Shown: positions 62,053 to 64,000 of the stretch, in pieces
How positions within the stretch are numbered: position 1 is the stretch's first letter
Layout: each line of letters starts with the position of its first letter
From: Candidatus Hydrogenedentota bacterium
Lineage (GTDB): Bacteria; Hydrogenedentota; Hydrogenedentia; Hydrogenedentales; SLHB01
Direction of reading: 5' to 3'
Assembly (NCBI GenBank): GCA_963745075.1
Contig: CAVUWV010000018.1
Coordinates: 128,001 to 192,000 of the forward strand
Length of the DNA: 64,000 bases
Notes under the pieces: generated by a model
The model's input: only the letters and a program-made list of their open reading frames with translations
Database searches by the model: none
What the model was told of the DNA's origin: nothing
Made by a program: the position numbers and the translations under genes

Positions 62053-62985
62053 TCAATATACCGGCGTGCACCAGTGGGCATACTTCGCGACTTTGCCCTG
62101 AACGATCTGGAAATACAGTTCCTGCAACTTCTTCGAGATCGGACCCGGCTCGCCGTTGCCGATCTTCCGGCGATCCACGGATCGGACGGGAGCAACCTGC
62201 GCGCCGGTGCCGGTGAAGAAGACTTCATCGGATACATATAACTCGGTGCGTGAGATGGAGCGTTCGATAACCGGCAACCCCAACTCCTCCGCCGCGATCT
62301 GCAGGACGGTATTGCGCGTGATACCCACGAGGATATCGGCCGTGGGCGGTGTGGTGATGAGGGTGCCGTCCTGCACGATGAACAGGTTCATGGCGCTGCC
62401 TTCGGCGACGCTACCGTCCTCGCGGAGGAAAATGGCCTCGTCAAACCCGGCCTGTTTGGCTTCGCTCGACGCCAGGGAGGAATTGATGTAGCTGCCGACG
62501 GTCTTGGCGCGGCTGGGAATGGCGTTGTCGGACAAGCGCCGCCAGGACGACACGACGACGTCGAGTCCGGAATCAATGTCGACGTAGTCGCCCAGCTTCA
62601 TGATCCAGCAACAGAAACTGCTGTCCACGTCGTGGAGCTTGGGTCCCAGGGAGTGTTCGCACTTGTACCCGATGGGCCGGATATAGACCCCCTCGCGGAA
62701 TTCCGACCGCTTGACGAGTTCGACGCAGATCTTTTCGATCTCTTCCCGGGTCTCGTTGACGTTCATGCACAGAATGGAGAAGTTGCGCACGAACCGGTCC
62801 ACGTGTTCCTTGAGCCGAAAGATGAGGATGTTGTTGTTGTCCGGGCAATGATAGCCGCGAATCCCCTCGAACAGCGCCGTTCCATAATTAAAGGAATGGG
62901 TCAGAATGCTCACGTTGGCCTTCTCGATGGGGACGTACTCCCCCTCGAAATACGCAATCGGACCCGGTTCCATCTTTTTCGCCAT
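62053..62985 (-). CDS. ilvE: Branched-chain amino acid aminotransferase
   Basis: YGTALFEGIRGY, RAKTVGSYINS, EGSAMNLF, ILVGITR and EVFFTGTGAQV; ATG at 62985. Confidence 0.93.
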   Translation of the reverse strand: MAKKMEPGPIAYFEGEYVPIEKANVSILTHSFNYGTALFEGIRGYHCPDNNNILIFRLKEHVDRFVRNFSILCMNVNETREEIEKICVELVKRSEFREGVYIRPIGYKCEHSLGPKLHDVDSSFCCWIMKLGDYVDIDSGLDVVVSSWRRLSDNAIPSRAKTVGSYINSSLASSEAKQAGFDEAIFLREDGSVAEGSAMNLFIVQDGTLITTPPTADILVGITRNTVLQIAAEELGLPVIERSISRTELYVSDEVFFTGTGAQVAPVRSVDRRKIGNGEPGPISKKLQELYFQIVQGKVAKYAHWCTPVY

Positions 62986-63225
62986 GAATACGACTCCCCA
63001 ACTAAGGGCGCACGGCCCTTGGACTTTCGAAAACCCCGGCCTGGAGCAAGTAAGGACACCTATTCGACCCAACCCGGCTCCATGCACACGCGGACCGGGC
63101 ACTTGCGCTCAGTCGCTGCACGCGGGATCGTACCACTCTAGTCGCGGCGATGCACGGAGTCAATTCTGGGCAGGGTGGCGGTACGGGGATAGACGGTATG
63201 GACGGGAGCGATGACCGGCGGAGGC

Positions 63226-63261
63226 ACCGGTCCCACAACCGGTCCGACAACCGGTCCCACG
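63226..63261. repeat. Three 12-bp tandem repeats
   Basis: accggtcccaca accggtccgaca accggtcccacg. Confidence 0.75.
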
Positions 63262-63334
63262 CATGGCACGATGCACGTCACCCACGGCGGCGACTTAAAT
63301 CATGCACTTCCGGCACATGTTTACCATTTTCCTG

Positions 63335-63364
63335 TTGACATACTCATTACTATCGTGCTAGAGT
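63335..63364 (+). promoter_or_regulatory. Putative sigma70 promoter
   Basis: TTGACA-18 nt-TAGAGT with a TG extended -10. Confidence 0.5.
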
Positions 63365-63429
63365 TCTTCTGTTGGGCGGCGTGTCTATGGGGTTTGAGCA
63401 GTGATTTGGGTGCAGGCGGTAACGTAGAA

Positions 63430-64000
63430 ATGGGGGAGCGTGTAATTAAAAAAATACTATGGATCCGGGGATCTAACAAGAGTTTCCCAGCGATGGGCAT
63501 TCTGGCGCTGGCACTTACCGCGGCTCTGGCCATCCTTCCCGCCGCAGCCACTGAACTCAATGAGAGCGATGCGGCCATCGCATCGTCGCTTATCGGAAGT
63601 ATTGAGAACCTCGCGCCGGACGAGACTCCGAGGGTTCGAGTGGACAATCGCGGGGTTGTAACCCACTTCGCCGCGCCGCGAGGACGTTCCATGACCGTAG
63701 AAGGGGCGCTGCCGGACGACGGCAAAGACCAGCGGGCGCTGAAATTCGTCGAAACCCACGCGCAAGCGCTGGGGCTCGCCAGCGACCGTGTCTCCCTGAA
63801 CGTCCACGCCATCACGACGACCCCGGAACGTTCGTATGTGCGCATCCGGCAACAGTACGACGGGATCCCCGTCCACGGCGCGGAAATCGTCATGCAGATC
63901 CAGCCGGATGGCACGGTGAAGTCTTTTCTGGCGGATATCATGACGGAAACCGTCGGCTTGGACGCAGACCCCGCGTCCACCGAACCGGCGCTGGGTGCGT
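63430..64000 (+). CDS. Secreted M4/M36 metallopeptidase precursor (FTP propeptide), runs off the window end
   Basis: Manual translation: signal peptide MGILALALTAALAILPAAA, then ALKFVETHAQALGL...SYVRIRQQYDGIPVHGAEIVMQI (FTP-domain signature). The start may be 63493. Confidence 0.75.
   Translation, partial: MGERVIKKILWIRGSNKSFPAMGILALALTAALAILPAAATELNESDAAIASSLIGSIENLAPDETPRVRVDNRGVVTHFAAPRGRSMTVEGALPDDGKDQRALKFVETHAQALGLASDRVSLNVHAITTTPERSYVRIRQQYDGIPVHGAEIVMQIQPDGTVKSFLADIMTETVGLDADPASTEPALGA

Overview
GC-rich bacterial chromosomal segment. The DUF1559 pilin-like genes, DUF3500, DUF4091 and secreted glycoside-hydrolase-like genes suggest Candidatus Hydrogenedentes or a PVC-like lineage (inference only). 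It holds about 50 CDS. Housekeeping genes are alaS-ruvX-mltG, ilvE, an ispA-like prenyltransferase and cls. Others include a TetR-MFP-RND efflux unit, a tri-heme cytochrome c peroxidase, an MsbA-like ABC transporter, two histidine kinases, an R2-like ligand-binding oxidase and several carbohydrate-active proteins. Highlights: (1) A bacterial microcompartment (BMC) operon at 55.5-61.8 kb resembles the Haliangium ochraceum type (BMC-Tdp, BMC-H, three BMC-P, BMC-Ts, acylating aldehyde dehydrogenase, class II aldolase). Two membrane-protein genes, a CPBP/CAAX intramembrane protease and a small hydrophobic ORF, overlap pentamer genes inside it, and two inverted-repeat elements punctuate it. (2) Two tandem cobalamin riboswitches follow a near-consensus sigma70 promoter, and their only target is a DUF1559 prepilin-like gene. 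(3) Seven single-base frameshifts occur in six otherwise intact genes and are most likely sequencing or assembly indels. I recognised no rRNA, tRNA, CRISPR array or transposase. All family assignments come from motif recognition by eye, not database searches.
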